From positions 1 to 56,413 of the forward strand of contig CAZQPW010000002.1 in NCBI GenBank assembly GCA_964595305.1: DNA of 56,413 nucleotides. Direction: 5' to 3'. This document shows positions 18,964 through 26,840 of the stretch, in pieces. Source of the DNA: an uncultured Candidatus Saccharibacteria bacterium (GTDB taxonomy: Bacteria > Patescibacteriota > Minisyncoccia > Phycocordibacterales > Phycocordibacteraceae). The stretch's first letter is position 1. Each line of letters opens with the position of its first letter. A program made the position numbers and the translations under genes. A model generated the notes under the pieces. That model saw only the letters and a program-made list of their open reading frames with translations. It had not been told where the DNA came from and ran no database searches.

Positions 18964-19204
18964 TGTGGACTACTATGTACAAAAAATCTACCAATCGCAT
19001 GAATAAGTTTTGTACAAAAATCAGCCCGTACCAAAACCAAACATCAATAAACACTTACCCTCATAAACCTTCAACAAAATCCACACTTAAAATTATCTCT
19101 GCTTCTAAAAAAACCTTTAAATTAGGCACAAAAAAGTTTTCCCCCTATTCCACATACAATAAATATAATAACTTTCTTAAAATTTAAAAAATATTTAATT
19201 CTTT
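18964..19204. other. dnaA-dnaN spacer with DnaA-box-like sites and an AT-rich tract (candidate oriC/DUE)
   Basis: TGTGGACTA at 18964-18972 (7/9 to TGTGGATAA), AAATCCACA at 19077-19085 and TATTCCACA at 19146-19154 (both 7/9). TGTACAAAAA appears twice, near 18976 and 19011. The last 50 nt or so (19155-19204) are almost pure A/T. Confidence 0.55.
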
Positions 19205-20305
19205 ATGAAAATAGAAATCCTTAAAGATCAGTTAGAGAAAGTTTCTGGAACGGTTTCGAGGGTAACGAACAAAAACCTCTCCCTTCCTGTCCTGGGTTGT
19301 GCTGTTTTTGTAGTTGCGAGTGACAGGGCGGTACTACGCTCCACAAATCTTGATGTAAGTGTTGAGCTTGTCTTAAAGGCGAAAATTTTCGAGGAAGGTG
19401 TTGTTGCGGTACCGGCACACATTCTCTATCAGACAGTCAGTGCTTTCTCAGACACAAAACTTACGCTGGAATTAAAAGACAACACTCTTCATATAAAAGG
19501 TGAAAGGGGTGTGAGTACGATAGCGGTGGTTGATGCTTCTGACTTTCCAACTCTACCTTATGTTAAACAGGGCGAAGGTGTGACGGTGATGATAGATACC
19601 CAAACCTTAATATCTTCAATCAAAACAGTATCATTTGCTGCAGCTTCGAGTGGAATGAAGCCAGAGTTGAACAGTATCTCGTTGTCATTGGAGGAGGGGA
19701 TACTTATTGGAGCAGCAACAGACTCATTTCGTTTGGCAGAAATGAAGAATGTGTCAAAGAATAAAGGTTCCTTTGGACCGACGCTTCTTCCAGCAAGAAA
19801 TGTTTCAGATATTATTCGCATGTTAGATGGATCCTCGACCGTAGAGGTCCGTGTATCAGAGAATCAATGTACATTCATTAATGATGGTGGATACATTACT
19901 TCACGAATTATAGATGGTGCATTTCCTGTGTATAGTGCAATTATCCCTAAGGAGTACGCGACACAGGTTACGGTGCTTCGTGAGGATGTTGTGAGGGCGT
20001 TTAAAAAAGTATCAATTTTTTCAGACTCATTTCATCAAGTTAAATTAATTATTCACCCATCTAAAAAGGTTTTTTCAATTCAATCTTCAAATACTGGTGT
20101 TGGTAGTACTGATGAATCCATTCCTGCAGCCATAGAGGGTGACCCGCTTGAGATTAATTTCAATGCAAAATATATTACCGACGCACTCGGCGCATTAACT
20201 GCAGACTCTATAACATTTTCAATTGCAGGTCCTGGAAAGCCGATGGTAATAGAAGATTCTCCAAGGAGAGGATTCTTGTACCTCGTGATGCCTATGAATA
20301 GGTAG
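19205..20305 (+). CDS. dnaN: DNA polymerase III beta sliding clamp
   Basis: 366 aa with a three-domain clamp-like layout. The C-terminal LVMPM(N)R motif is present. It lies immediately downstream of dnaA. Confidence 0.9.
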   Translation: MKIEILKDQLEKVSGTVSRVTNKNLSLPVLGCAVFVVASDRAVLRSTNLDVSVELVLKAKIFEEGVVAVPAHILYQTVSAFSDTKLTLELKDNTLHIKGERGVSTIAVVDASDFPTLPYVKQGEGVTVMIDTQTLISSIKTVSFAAASSGMKPELNSISLSLEEGILIGAATDSFRLAEMKNVSKNKGSFGPTLLPARNVSDIIRMLDGSSTVEVRVSENQCTFINDGGYITSRIIDGAFPVYSAIIPKEYATQVTVLREDVVRAFKKVSIFSDSFHQVKLIIHPSKKVFSIQSSNTGVGSTDESIPAAIEGDPLEINFNAKYITDALGALTADSITFSIAGPGKPMVIEDSPRRGFLYLVMPMNR

Positions 20306-20306
20306 T

Positions 20307-20570
20307 ATGCAAAAGGCAGGATCGTTTTTGCAAAAATTTAAATCACTCACACCTCCAGACGATGCGGTTAGAGCGTCTTTGTCTAAAATAATCAGTCGCG
20401 TCCTTGATGCTCCGGTTTCAAAGGCCCAAATAAAAATATCAAACAACACCGCGTTTGTTTCTGGTTCGTCTGTGTTAAAAAATAGAATCCGTATGTCACG
20501 TAGGGAAATTCTCGAAACCTTGTTTGAGGAGCACCCAAAACTTAAAGAGCAGGTGCGAGACGTGCGTTAG
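20307..20570 (+). CDS. Small DUF721/DciA-like protein (tentative)
   Basis: 87 aa, coupled to dnaN by a 1-nt gap. The pattern IKISNNTAFVSGSSVLKNRIRMSRREILETL resembles DUF721-type proteins often found near dnaN. Confidence 0.4.
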   Translation: MQKAGSFLQKFKSLTPPDDAVRASLSKIISRVLDAPVSKAQIKISNNTAFVSGSSVLKNRIRMSRREILETLFEEHPKLKEQVRDVR

Positions 20571-22786
20571 TTGTTGATATATAACACTGTTCCGTCGATG
20601 TACCCATTAGCTTGTGCCCATCTTCGTACGCCATACTCCCAACGCTCAAACTGTGGGTCGTTTGCTGGGTTTGTTGGTGGTGGCCCTAATGGGTCAGATT
20701 TGTTTACCGAATAGAGGATGCTGTGGACGTTTGAAGTTATTTTTGTTCTAGTTTGACCAGTATAGTCTTGACTAACAGGGTTTCCGTTGATGTCAGTGAT
20801 AATTGGGTCAAACCCCTGCCAAATACCCGAAAGAACGGGTTTTGTGGTTGCGGGCTTTGTGTAGTCTGGGAAAGGTTGTTCGGGGTATTTTGTAAGTGCG
20901 TACTGCATAAACTCGTTCCAAAGTGGTGCTACCACAAAACCGGCGATTTTTTTGTCGATTGGAGTGTTGTCATTGTTGCCGGCCCACGCGCCAGCAGCGA
21001 GCGAGGTTGAGTATCCTAGTATCCAAGTGTCTTTAAAATCGTTTGTAGTGCCTGTTTTTGACGCTACGTGGTGTCCAGACACATTTAACGCAGAGTTCAC
21101 ACCAAACTCAGGTATACGCGCCGCATCGTCGGAAAGTATGTCAGAAATCATTAACGCGGCGTTTTGGTCTATCGCTTGAGTAGGGGTTGTGTCAAAGGTG
21201 TGGATTGTCTGACCATTCTTATCTTGGATTTGAAGTATTGCTCTATAGGGGTTACGTACACCCTCATCTGCTAAAACGCTATATGCCGAAACCATTTCGA
21301 GGAGAGAAACCTCACCGCCACCAAGAACAAGAGTTAGTCCGTACTGTTCTGGACCAAGAAGGGTGGTGATACCAAGCGAGCGTGCAACCCTAAGTGCATC
21401 TGTGAGGCCGACCAAATAAAGGGCCTTAATGGCAGGAATGTTGATGGACTGGGCAAGGGCCTCACGTATAGTCATTGGGCCGCGATACTTCCCGTCATAG
21501 TTTTCAGGGTAGTAACATGGAGACTCGTCTTTGGTAGACTCAACAGGACATACGGTTGAAAACTGTGTTGGTGAGTCAAATAAAACAGTGTCAGGTGTGT
21601 AACCTTTGAGGAACGCTGCGGCATATACGAACGGCTTAAACGACGAACCTGGTTGGCGGTGTGCGAGTGCGATATTAAAATTACCGTCAATGTTTGTGTC
21701 AAAGTAGTCGCGGCTTCCCACCATGGTTAACACGTCACCAGTTTTTGGGTCAATTGCTACAAGGGCAGCATTTTTAGCGTTAAACCGCTTTTCATTTTCA
21801 AGTGCGTGGCTTTTTACTATCTCTTCAGCCTTACCTTGAAGATCTGCGTCTAGAGTGGTTATTACTCGCCACCCGTTTTCCTCAAGTGCCGCTGGTCCAT
21901 ACTGGCGCTCTAGTTCGTCACGCACAAAAAACACAAAATGCGGCGCACGGATGCCACCCTTTTTTGTAAGAACAAAAACAACTTTTTCAGACTTTGCGCT
22001 TTCAAATTCATTGTCTGTAATCATTCCAAGCGTGTGCATCCTGGTGAGCACTAGATTTTTGCGCTCATCGAGCTTGTCTTTGTGGTTTCCGTATGGTGAA
22101 TAGTAGGTGGGGGCTTGAGGAATTGCAGCAAGGTAAGCAGCTTCGGCGAGTGTTACGTCTTTTGCCGGCTTACCAAAAAAGGTTTCAGAAGCCTCCTCGA
22201 TTCCATACAAAGAGCCACCGTAAGGGTTTTCATTTAGATATATTTCGAGTATTTTGTCCTTCGGTAGCGACGCATCGAGCTTCACTGCAAGTACCCACTC
22301 CTTTAATTTCCTAGCGATGGTCTTATCTTGAGTGAGGATCGAGTTTTTTACCACTTGTTGTGTGATGGTTGATCCGCCCTGCGTGTAGCCAACATAGAGC
22401 GCGTTATACACAAGCGAGCGTATGATCGACATCACGCGTATACCACGGTGTGTATAAAACTGATCATCTTCAATCGCTATCGTAGCGTTTTTTATATTCT
22501 GAGAAATGTCTTCGAACGGAACTAGAGTACGAGTAACATCGTCGCCCAAATCATCGAGCAGTATTTTGCCGGTGCGGTCATAAATCTTCGCTGACTGCAC
22601 TATTTTTCTGTCGTGGAGCGTTTCGATGTCTGGAATGGTTAGTGATGCAGCCCACACAAGGAGAAATCCGCCCAAAAGGGCACACAAGGAAAGAACAAGA
22701 AGTGCGCGCTCGTACCATGAGGACGGCACTCGAGCTGCTCGGCTAAGGTGCCGCATATGGCGTTTCATATAAATGTATCGTATCAT
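20567..22786 (-). CDS. Bifunctional class A penicillin-binding protein (GT51 transglycosylase + transpeptidase)
   Basis: N-terminal TM helix. GT51 motifs IEDDQFYTHRGI and GGSTITQQ. Transpeptidase motifs SSFKP (SxxK) and KTGTT. The start may be a downstream Met at 22768 or 22756. Confidence 0.9.
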   Translation of the reverse strand: MIRYIYMKRHMRHLSRAARVPSSWYERALLVLSLCALLGGFLLVWAASLTIPDIETLHDRKIVQSAKIYDRTGKILLDDLGDDVTRTLVPFEDISQNIKNATIAIEDDQFYTHRGIRVMSIIRSLVYNALYVGYTQGGSTITQQVVKNSILTQDKTIARKLKEWVLAVKLDASLPKDKILEIYLNENPYGGSLYGIEEASETFFGKPAKDVTLAEAAYLAAIPQAPTYYSPYGNHKDKLDERKNLVLTRMHTLGMITDNEFESAKSEKVVFVLTKKGGIRAPHFVFFVRDELERQYGPAALEENGWRVITTLDADLQGKAEEIVKSHALENEKRFNAKNAALVAIDPKTGDVLTMVGSRDYFDTNIDGNFNIALAHRQPGSSFKPFVYAAAFLKGYTPDTVLFDSPTQFSTVCPVESTKDESPCYYPENYDGKYRGPMTIREALAQSINIPAIKALYLVGLTDALRVARSLGITTLLGPEQYGLTLVLGGGEVSLLEMVSAYSVLADEGVRNPYRAILQIQDKNGQTIHTFDTTPTQAIDQNAALMISDILSDDAARIPEFGVNSALNVSGHHVASKTGTTNDFKDTWILGYSTSLAAGAWAGNNDNTPIDKKIAGFVVAPLWNEFMQYALTKYPEQPFPDYTKPATTKPVLSGIWQGFDPIITDINGNPVSQDYTGQTRTKITSNVHSILYSVNKSDPLGPPPTNPANDPQFERWEYGVRRWAQANGYIDGTVLYINN

Positions 22787-22792
22787 GATGGG

Positions 22793-23962
22793 GTGATTGA
22801 TACTGACGAGACAAAGATTAATGAGCTTTTAACTCGAGGGGTAGAGAACGTGATCCCACGAGAGCTCGCGATAAAAAAACTACAATCAGGCGAACGGTTG
22901 CGCATTTATCACGGCATTGATCCAACTGGGTCCAAGTTACATATTGGACACACGGTGACCTTACGAAAGCTCCGCCAATTTTCCGACCTTGGCCACGAAA
23001 TTATACTAGTCGTAGGCAGCTTTACTGCGATGATAGGTGATCCAACCGGGCGAGATGCCGCGCGCAGTGTGCTTACCAAAGAGCAGATTGAAGAAAACTT
23101 TAAGGATTACGTGGCTCAGGTTTCAAAAGTAATTGACCTCACAAAATTTGAAGTCAGGTATAACCACGAGTGGCTAGATAAGATAAATTTTGAAAAAATA
23201 GTTGACCTCGCGAGCAGGTTTACCGTCCAGCAGATGCTGCAGCGAGACATGTTCGAAAAAAGAATATCCGAAGGTAAGCCGATCTCAGTTCACGAGTTTA
23301 TGTACCCACTAATGGTCGGCTATGACTCAGTTGTATTGGATGTGGACTGCGAACTTGGCGGTTCTGACCAAGAGTTCAATATGCTCGCAGGCAGGCACCT
23401 ACAGTCGGTATATGGTAAGCGAGAAAAATTTGTTTTGACCACAAAGCTGATTGAGGGGACCGATGGAAGGAAGATGAGCAAGTCTTTCAACAACTGTATC
23501 TATATCACCGACGAACCTAACGACATGTTTGGAAAAACAATGTCAACTAAGGACGAGCTGGTGGCACTGTATTTTGACGTGTGTACAGACGTACCAAAAG
23601 AAGAGCAGGCGCAAATACTTGCTGGCCACCCAAAGGACGCAAAGATGGCGCTTGCACACGAGCTCGTGCGCATGTATCACGGTACTGAGGCAGCAGACGC
23701 AGCGCAGGAAAATTTCGAAAAGACCTTCAGTAAGGGCGAAGTCCCAGAAGATGTAACAGAAATCAAATACACAGGACTACTAAAACACACGCTTGTAAGG
23801 AGCGGCATAGTTTCTTCGAATTCCGAGTTTGTGCGCCTGGTGATGCAGGAGGCAATAGTTGACATGACGACCGGAAACAAAATCAGATCAGGAGATGCCC
23901 CTGCGGCCATTGATCACGTGTTTCGCATCGGTAAACACCGGTTTGTGAAGATAGTTCGGTAG
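22793..23962 (+). CDS. tyrS: Tyrosine--tRNA ligase
   Basis: HIGH motif (LHIGHTV), KMSKS motif and a C-terminal S4-like region. I chose the GTG at 22793 to avoid a head-to-head overlap with the PBP gene. The track start at 22748 is the alternative. Confidence 0.85.
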   Translation: MIDTDETKINELLTRGVENVIPRELAIKKLQSGERLRIYHGIDPTGSKLHIGHTVTLRKLRQFSDLGHEIILVVGSFTAMIGDPTGRDAARSVLTKEQIEENFKDYVAQVSKVIDLTKFEVRYNHEWLDKINFEKIVDLASRFTVQQMLQRDMFEKRISEGKPISVHEFMYPLMVGYDSVVLDVDCELGGSDQEFNMLAGRHLQSVYGKREKFVLTTKLIEGTDGRKMSKSFNNCIYITDEPNDMFGKTMSTKDELVALYFDVCTDVPKEEQAQILAGHPKDAKMALAHELVRMYHGTEAADAAQENFEKTFSKGEVPEDVTEIKYTGLLKHTLVRSGIVSSNSEFVRLVMQEAIVDMTTGNKIRSGDAPAAIDHVFRIGKHRFVKIVR

Positions 23963-23963
23963 A

Positions 23964-24125
23964 TTACTCTTCTTCGTCGAAACCTTTCCAAGAGCCGCCA
24001 ACATCTTCTCCCATGAAGTCTTCCTCGTCTGTTTCGTCGCCCTCGTCCACGTCCATTTCAAGCAAGTCGGGGTTAATCTCCTCCTCAGATTCTTCGGTTT
24101 TTGATCTTTGTTTGTTATTTGACAT
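23964..24125 (-). CDS. 53-aa hyper-acidic small protein
   Basis: The internal ATG at 24125 gives MSNNKQRSKTEESEEEINPDLLEMDVDEGDETDEEDFMGEDVGGSWKGFDEEE, with 22 of 53 residues D/E by my count. The longer track ORF (to 24281) would overlap ruvC. Confidence 0.4.
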   Translation of the reverse strand: MSNNKQRSKTEESEEEINPDLLEMDVDEGDETDEEDFMGEDVGGSWKGFDEEE

Positions 24126-24183
24126 ACGTATCGGCTGGGCCGACGTTACATTTGTATCAAATTGTAGAAAGAGTGCAAGTCGT

Positions 24184-24660
24184 TTAATGCTCCTTGTGTG
24201 TGGATATCGTGTTGGTGTGTGCAATTCCGAGGGCAATAGCATCGTATTCGTCGTCAAGCCGCTTGCCGGGTTGGAGCGCAACTAGTTTTTGAACCATCCT
24301 AATTACAGCTTCTTTTGGGGCGCTACCCGAACCCGTCACAGCTATCTTGACTGCCTGCGGAGAATACTCAACAACTGGTATATCTGCCGCGCCAGCTGCG
24401 AGCTGCACAATTCCTCGTGCCTCCGCTACCTTAATAGCCGTCTTTACGTTTGTAGAAAAGAATAGTGTTTCGAGTGCGAGCGACTTTGGTTTGTGTTCGG
24501 CCAGTAGTTTTTCAATACGTTTGTGCACAGCAGCGAGTCGCTCCGGGAATGCAAGCTTTTTATCAGTTTCAAAGCACTCAGAATAAACGAGGTTTTTATT
24601 TTCAAACACTGCAATACCCACACGATCATAGCCAGGGTCTACTGCTATTGAGGTGCTCAT
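24184..24660 (-). CDS. ruvC: Crossover junction endodeoxyribonuclease RuvC
   Basis: The N-terminal [16 protein letters not shown] catalytic Asp motif, a length of 158 aa, and a 4-nt overlap with ruvB. Confidence 0.85.
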   Translation of the reverse strand: MSTSIAVDPGYDRVGIAVFENKNLVYSECFETDKKLAFPERLAAVHKRIEKLLAEHKPKSLALETLFFSTNVKTAIKVAEARGIVQLAAGAADIPVVEYSPQAVKIAVTGSGSAPKEAVIRMVQKLVALQPGKRLDDEYDAIALGIAHTNTISTHKEH

Positions 24661-25664
24661 ACTAATGAGCTTTGTTTTGGTTCGAGTTTTAAATGTGTAC
24701 GCGCCCTGTCTGTGGCTACTCGCCCTCTTGGCGTGCGCTCAATGAATCCTTCCTGCAGAAGATACGGCTCATAAACCGCCTCTATGGTGTCCTCCTCTTC
24801 TGCTGCAGCTGCAGCAAGTGTGCCGAGACCAACCGGCCCGCCGCCAAACTTAATGAGGATCGCCTCGAGTATGCGCCTGTCGCTCGGCGTTAGTCCAGCC
24901 GCATCAATACCGATCATGGCAAGCGTTTTTTCGGCCACCTCAGTGGTGATCTCTGAGCGCGCGAGCTGTGCGACGTCGCGCGCACGCTTGAGTAGGAAGT
25001 TTGCGGTGCGCGGCGTCCTCCTTGAGCGCTTAGCGATGTCTGCCGTTGCGTCTGGAGCGATTTCTACACCAAGAATTTTAGCCGAGCGCTCAATAATTTT
25101 TTGAATTTCCTTGTCAGAATAAAAATCCAACTGGAATACACCTCCAGAAAAGCGCGAGCGAAGCGGGGAAGATATCAGGCCGATACGCGTGGTTGCGCCG
25201 ATCAATGTAAATGGCGGGAGCGCAAGTTCGATCGTACGTGCTGAGGGGCCTTTGCCAATTATGATGTCGAGTTTGCCAGCTTCCATTGCAGGGTAGAGCA
25301 CCTCCTCGACTGTTTTGTTGAGGCGGTGGATTTCGTCAATGAATAAAACAGAGTTTGGTTCCAAGTTTGTGAGTACTGCCGCTAGGTCGCCCACACGCTC
25401 AATAACGGGGCCCGCGGTAACCTTGAGCGGGCTACCAAGCTCCTCGGCAACAAGGTGAGCTAGTGTTGTTTTGCCTAAGCCTGGTGGACCATAAAGTAGT
25501 GTGTGCTCTGGTGCATGCTCGCGCTCTTTGGCAGCGGTAAGTAGGACACGCAGGTTTTCTTTTATCTGCTCTTGGCCAACGTACTCGTCCCAACGATGTG
25601 GTCGCAGTGTTTGGTCGAGGGAGGTGTCCGGTTTTTGGTTTTGAGTTTGAGGTTGGGTAGCCAT
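24657..25664 (-). CDS. ruvB: Holliday junction branch migration ATPase RuvB
   Basis: [13 protein letters not shown], Walker [10 protein letters not shown], Walker [10 protein letters not shown] and a C-terminal winged helix. Confidence 0.95.
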   Translation of the reverse strand: MATQPQTQNQKPDTSLDQTLRPHRWDEYVGQEQIKENLRVLLTAAKEREHAPEHTLLYGPPGLGKTTLAHLVAEELGSPLKVTAGPVIERVGDLAAVLTNLEPNSVLFIDEIHRLNKTVEEVLYPAMEAGKLDIIIGKGPSARTIELALPPFTLIGATTRIGLISSPLRSRFSGGVFQLDFYSDKEIQKIIERSAKILGVEIAPDATADIAKRSRRTPRTANFLLKRARDVAQLARSEITTEVAEKTLAMIGIDAAGLTPSDRRILEAILIKFGGGPVGLGTLAAAAAEEEDTIEAVYEPYLLQEGFIERTPRGRVATDRARTHLKLEPKQSSLV

Positions 25665-25684
25665 ACCCTATAATCTTATCAGGT

Positions 25685-26092
25685 ATGGTACGTCGTGCAC
25701 CACGAGGAAAACAGTTCGATCCGCGCTTCAAGCCACAGCTGACACCAAAACAAATGTTAAAGCTGGGGGTCTTTGGTGGCAGCTATTTTAGTAATGCGCC
25801 GTATGACAAGAGTAAAAACTTTTTTAAAGTGAAGGCCTCTCAACCGCTTAGTGTGTGGCAAAAGAAAGGTTGGATACACCCCAAGGACCCAAAAGGTTGG
25901 TTTGAGTGGTACTGTCGATACTATGATGGCAGGAGGCTCGGGAAGGAAGACGAGAGGCAGATCAAGCGCTGGCTAATGATCCGTAGACATATCATTCAGC
26001 TTCAGCGTCACTGCTCAAAGGGCGACATAAACTGCAGGCCAGTACAACGCCAAGCCCTTCTCCACTGGGCATACGACAGCCGGAAGCTATAA
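25685..26092 (+). CDS. Conserved-looking hypothetical protein (W/Y/R-rich core GWFEWYCRYYDGRR)
   Basis: 135-aa ORF with good coding appearance. I cannot name the family. Confidence 0.5.
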   Translation: MVRRAPRGKQFDPRFKPQLTPKQMLKLGVFGGSYFSNAPYDKSKNFFKVKASQPLSVWQKKGWIHPKDPKGWFEWYCRYYDGRRLGKEDERQIKRWLMIRRHIIQLQRHCSKGDINCRPVQRQALLHWAYDSRKL

Positions 26093-26094
26093 AC

Positions 26095-26123
26095 TTGACC
26101 ACCCGCCCCGGCGGGTGTAGGCT
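26095..26123 (+). promoter_or_regulatory. Candidate sigma70-like promoter whose spacer is a GC hairpin
   Basis: TTGACC (26095-26100), a 17-nt spacer, then TAGGCT (26118-26123). The spacer contains the inverted repeat CACCCGCC-cc-GGCGGGTG (26100-26117). It sits 7 nt upstream of the LuxR-type gene start. Confidence 0.3.
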
Positions 26124-26129
26124 CAGGCG

Positions 26130-26591
26130 ATGGAGTCAGTCGAGAAGAAACAAAGGCAACACCCCATCCTAAGTAATCGTGAGTTAGACGTCATACGTCT
26201 CGTTGCCCTTGGTAAAAGTGATATCGAGGCAGGTATAATTTTGGGCATATCACCGCGCACTGTCCGCTACCACTACGACAACTTAAAAAGGAAGGCGAAC
26301 TTTGGTCTTCAATCGCGCGCGGCCGTCATTGCACACTTTGCGTCTGAAAAAGTTGACGAGCCGATAGTTATTCCAGAAGAGCCGGCAAGTCCAATCCTAA
26401 AACTGCGTCCAAGAGAAATTGAGATACTCGAACTACTGCGTGGCGGGAAGCTAGACGGACAGATCGCAAACTTACTCGGCATTGGCACCAGAACCGTCCG
26501 CTTCCACGTTGATAATGCAAAATTTCGAAATAAAATTTCAACACGAAACCTACTTCTACTCCGATTTATTAAACAGCAGACAAAAAAGTAA
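26130..26591 (+). CDS. Transcriptional regulator with two tandem LuxR/GerE-type HTH domains and no sensor domain
   Basis: Two copies of the GerE pattern: LSNRELDVIRLVALGKSDIEAGIILGISPRTVRYHYDNLKRK and LRPREIEILELLRGGKLDGQIANLLGIGTRTVRFHVDNAKFR. Confidence 0.75.
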   Translation: MESVEKKQRQHPILSNRELDVIRLVALGKSDIEAGIILGISPRTVRYHYDNLKRKANFGLQSRAAVIAHFASEKVDEPIVIPEEPASPILKLRPREIEILELLRGGKLDGQIANLLGIGTRTVRFHVDNAKFRNKISTRNLLLLRFIKQQTKK

Positions 26592-26605
26592 GGAAGGAGA
26601 AGAGC

Positions 26606-26634
26606 TTGACTTTTGTGGTGTAGTATGATACGAT
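26606..26634 (+). promoter_or_regulatory. Candidate promoter of the sRNA candidate
   Basis: TTGACT (26606-26611), a 17-nt spacer, then TACGAT (26629-26634) preceded by a TGa extended -10 element. No protein-coding ORF follows on this strand. Confidence 0.45.
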
Positions 26635-26640
26635 ACTTTC

Positions 26641-26794
26641 AGTGAGAAGGGACCACTCCCATCTCAGCGACGCCGTGGCTTTGCGGTAAGGACGGGCCGG
26701 TTCCATCTTAAGTGGTGGTCGACTCGCCCTATCCTCAACTACTTTTCCACCATTCTTGCAAAGCGTCGTTGAGAGGGGAGCGGTCCTTTTCACT
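26641..26794 (+). ncRNA. Candidate structured sRNA of about 155 nt with a rod-like 6S-style closing helix; family unassigned
   Basis: By hand pairing, 26641-26673 pairs with 26763-26794, giving about 29 bp with one bulge and two mismatches. It has its own promoter upstream and a 16-bp hairpin downstream. The only ORFs here are short overlapping shadow ORFs. Confidence 0.45.
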
Positions 26795-26795
26795 A

Positions 26796-26831
26796 CCTTC
26801 CTGTCAGATAAGTCCTTATCTGACAGGAAGG
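26796..26831. terminator. Perfect 16-bp inverted repeat between the sRNA candidate and the 3' end of pilB
   Basis: CCTTCCTGTCAGATAA-gtcc-TTATCTGACAGGAAGG. The T-run on the plus strand is displaced by 7 nt, and no clean U-tract follows on the minus strand, so it is an atypical terminator or a protein-binding palindrome. Confidence 0.45.
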
Positions 26832-26840
26832 GGGGCGATT

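Noticed and set aside
18963-19187. 74-aa ORF in the dnaA-dnaN spacer (K/T/N/S-rich).
   Set aside because: It is a low-complexity translation of an A-rich region that carries DnaA-box-like sites and the AT-rich DUE. There is no start context. It is better explained as oriC.
26641-26794. Possibility that the structured RNA is the SRP (4.5S) RNA, RNase P RNA or tmRNA.
   Set aside because: I could not find the conserved SRP helix-8 sequence (GGUCCGGAAGGAAGCAGC-like), the RNase P GAGGAAAGUCC motif, or a tRNA-Ala-like end on either strand. The length is also wrong for RNase P or tmRNA. It is left as unassigned, 6S-like in shape only.
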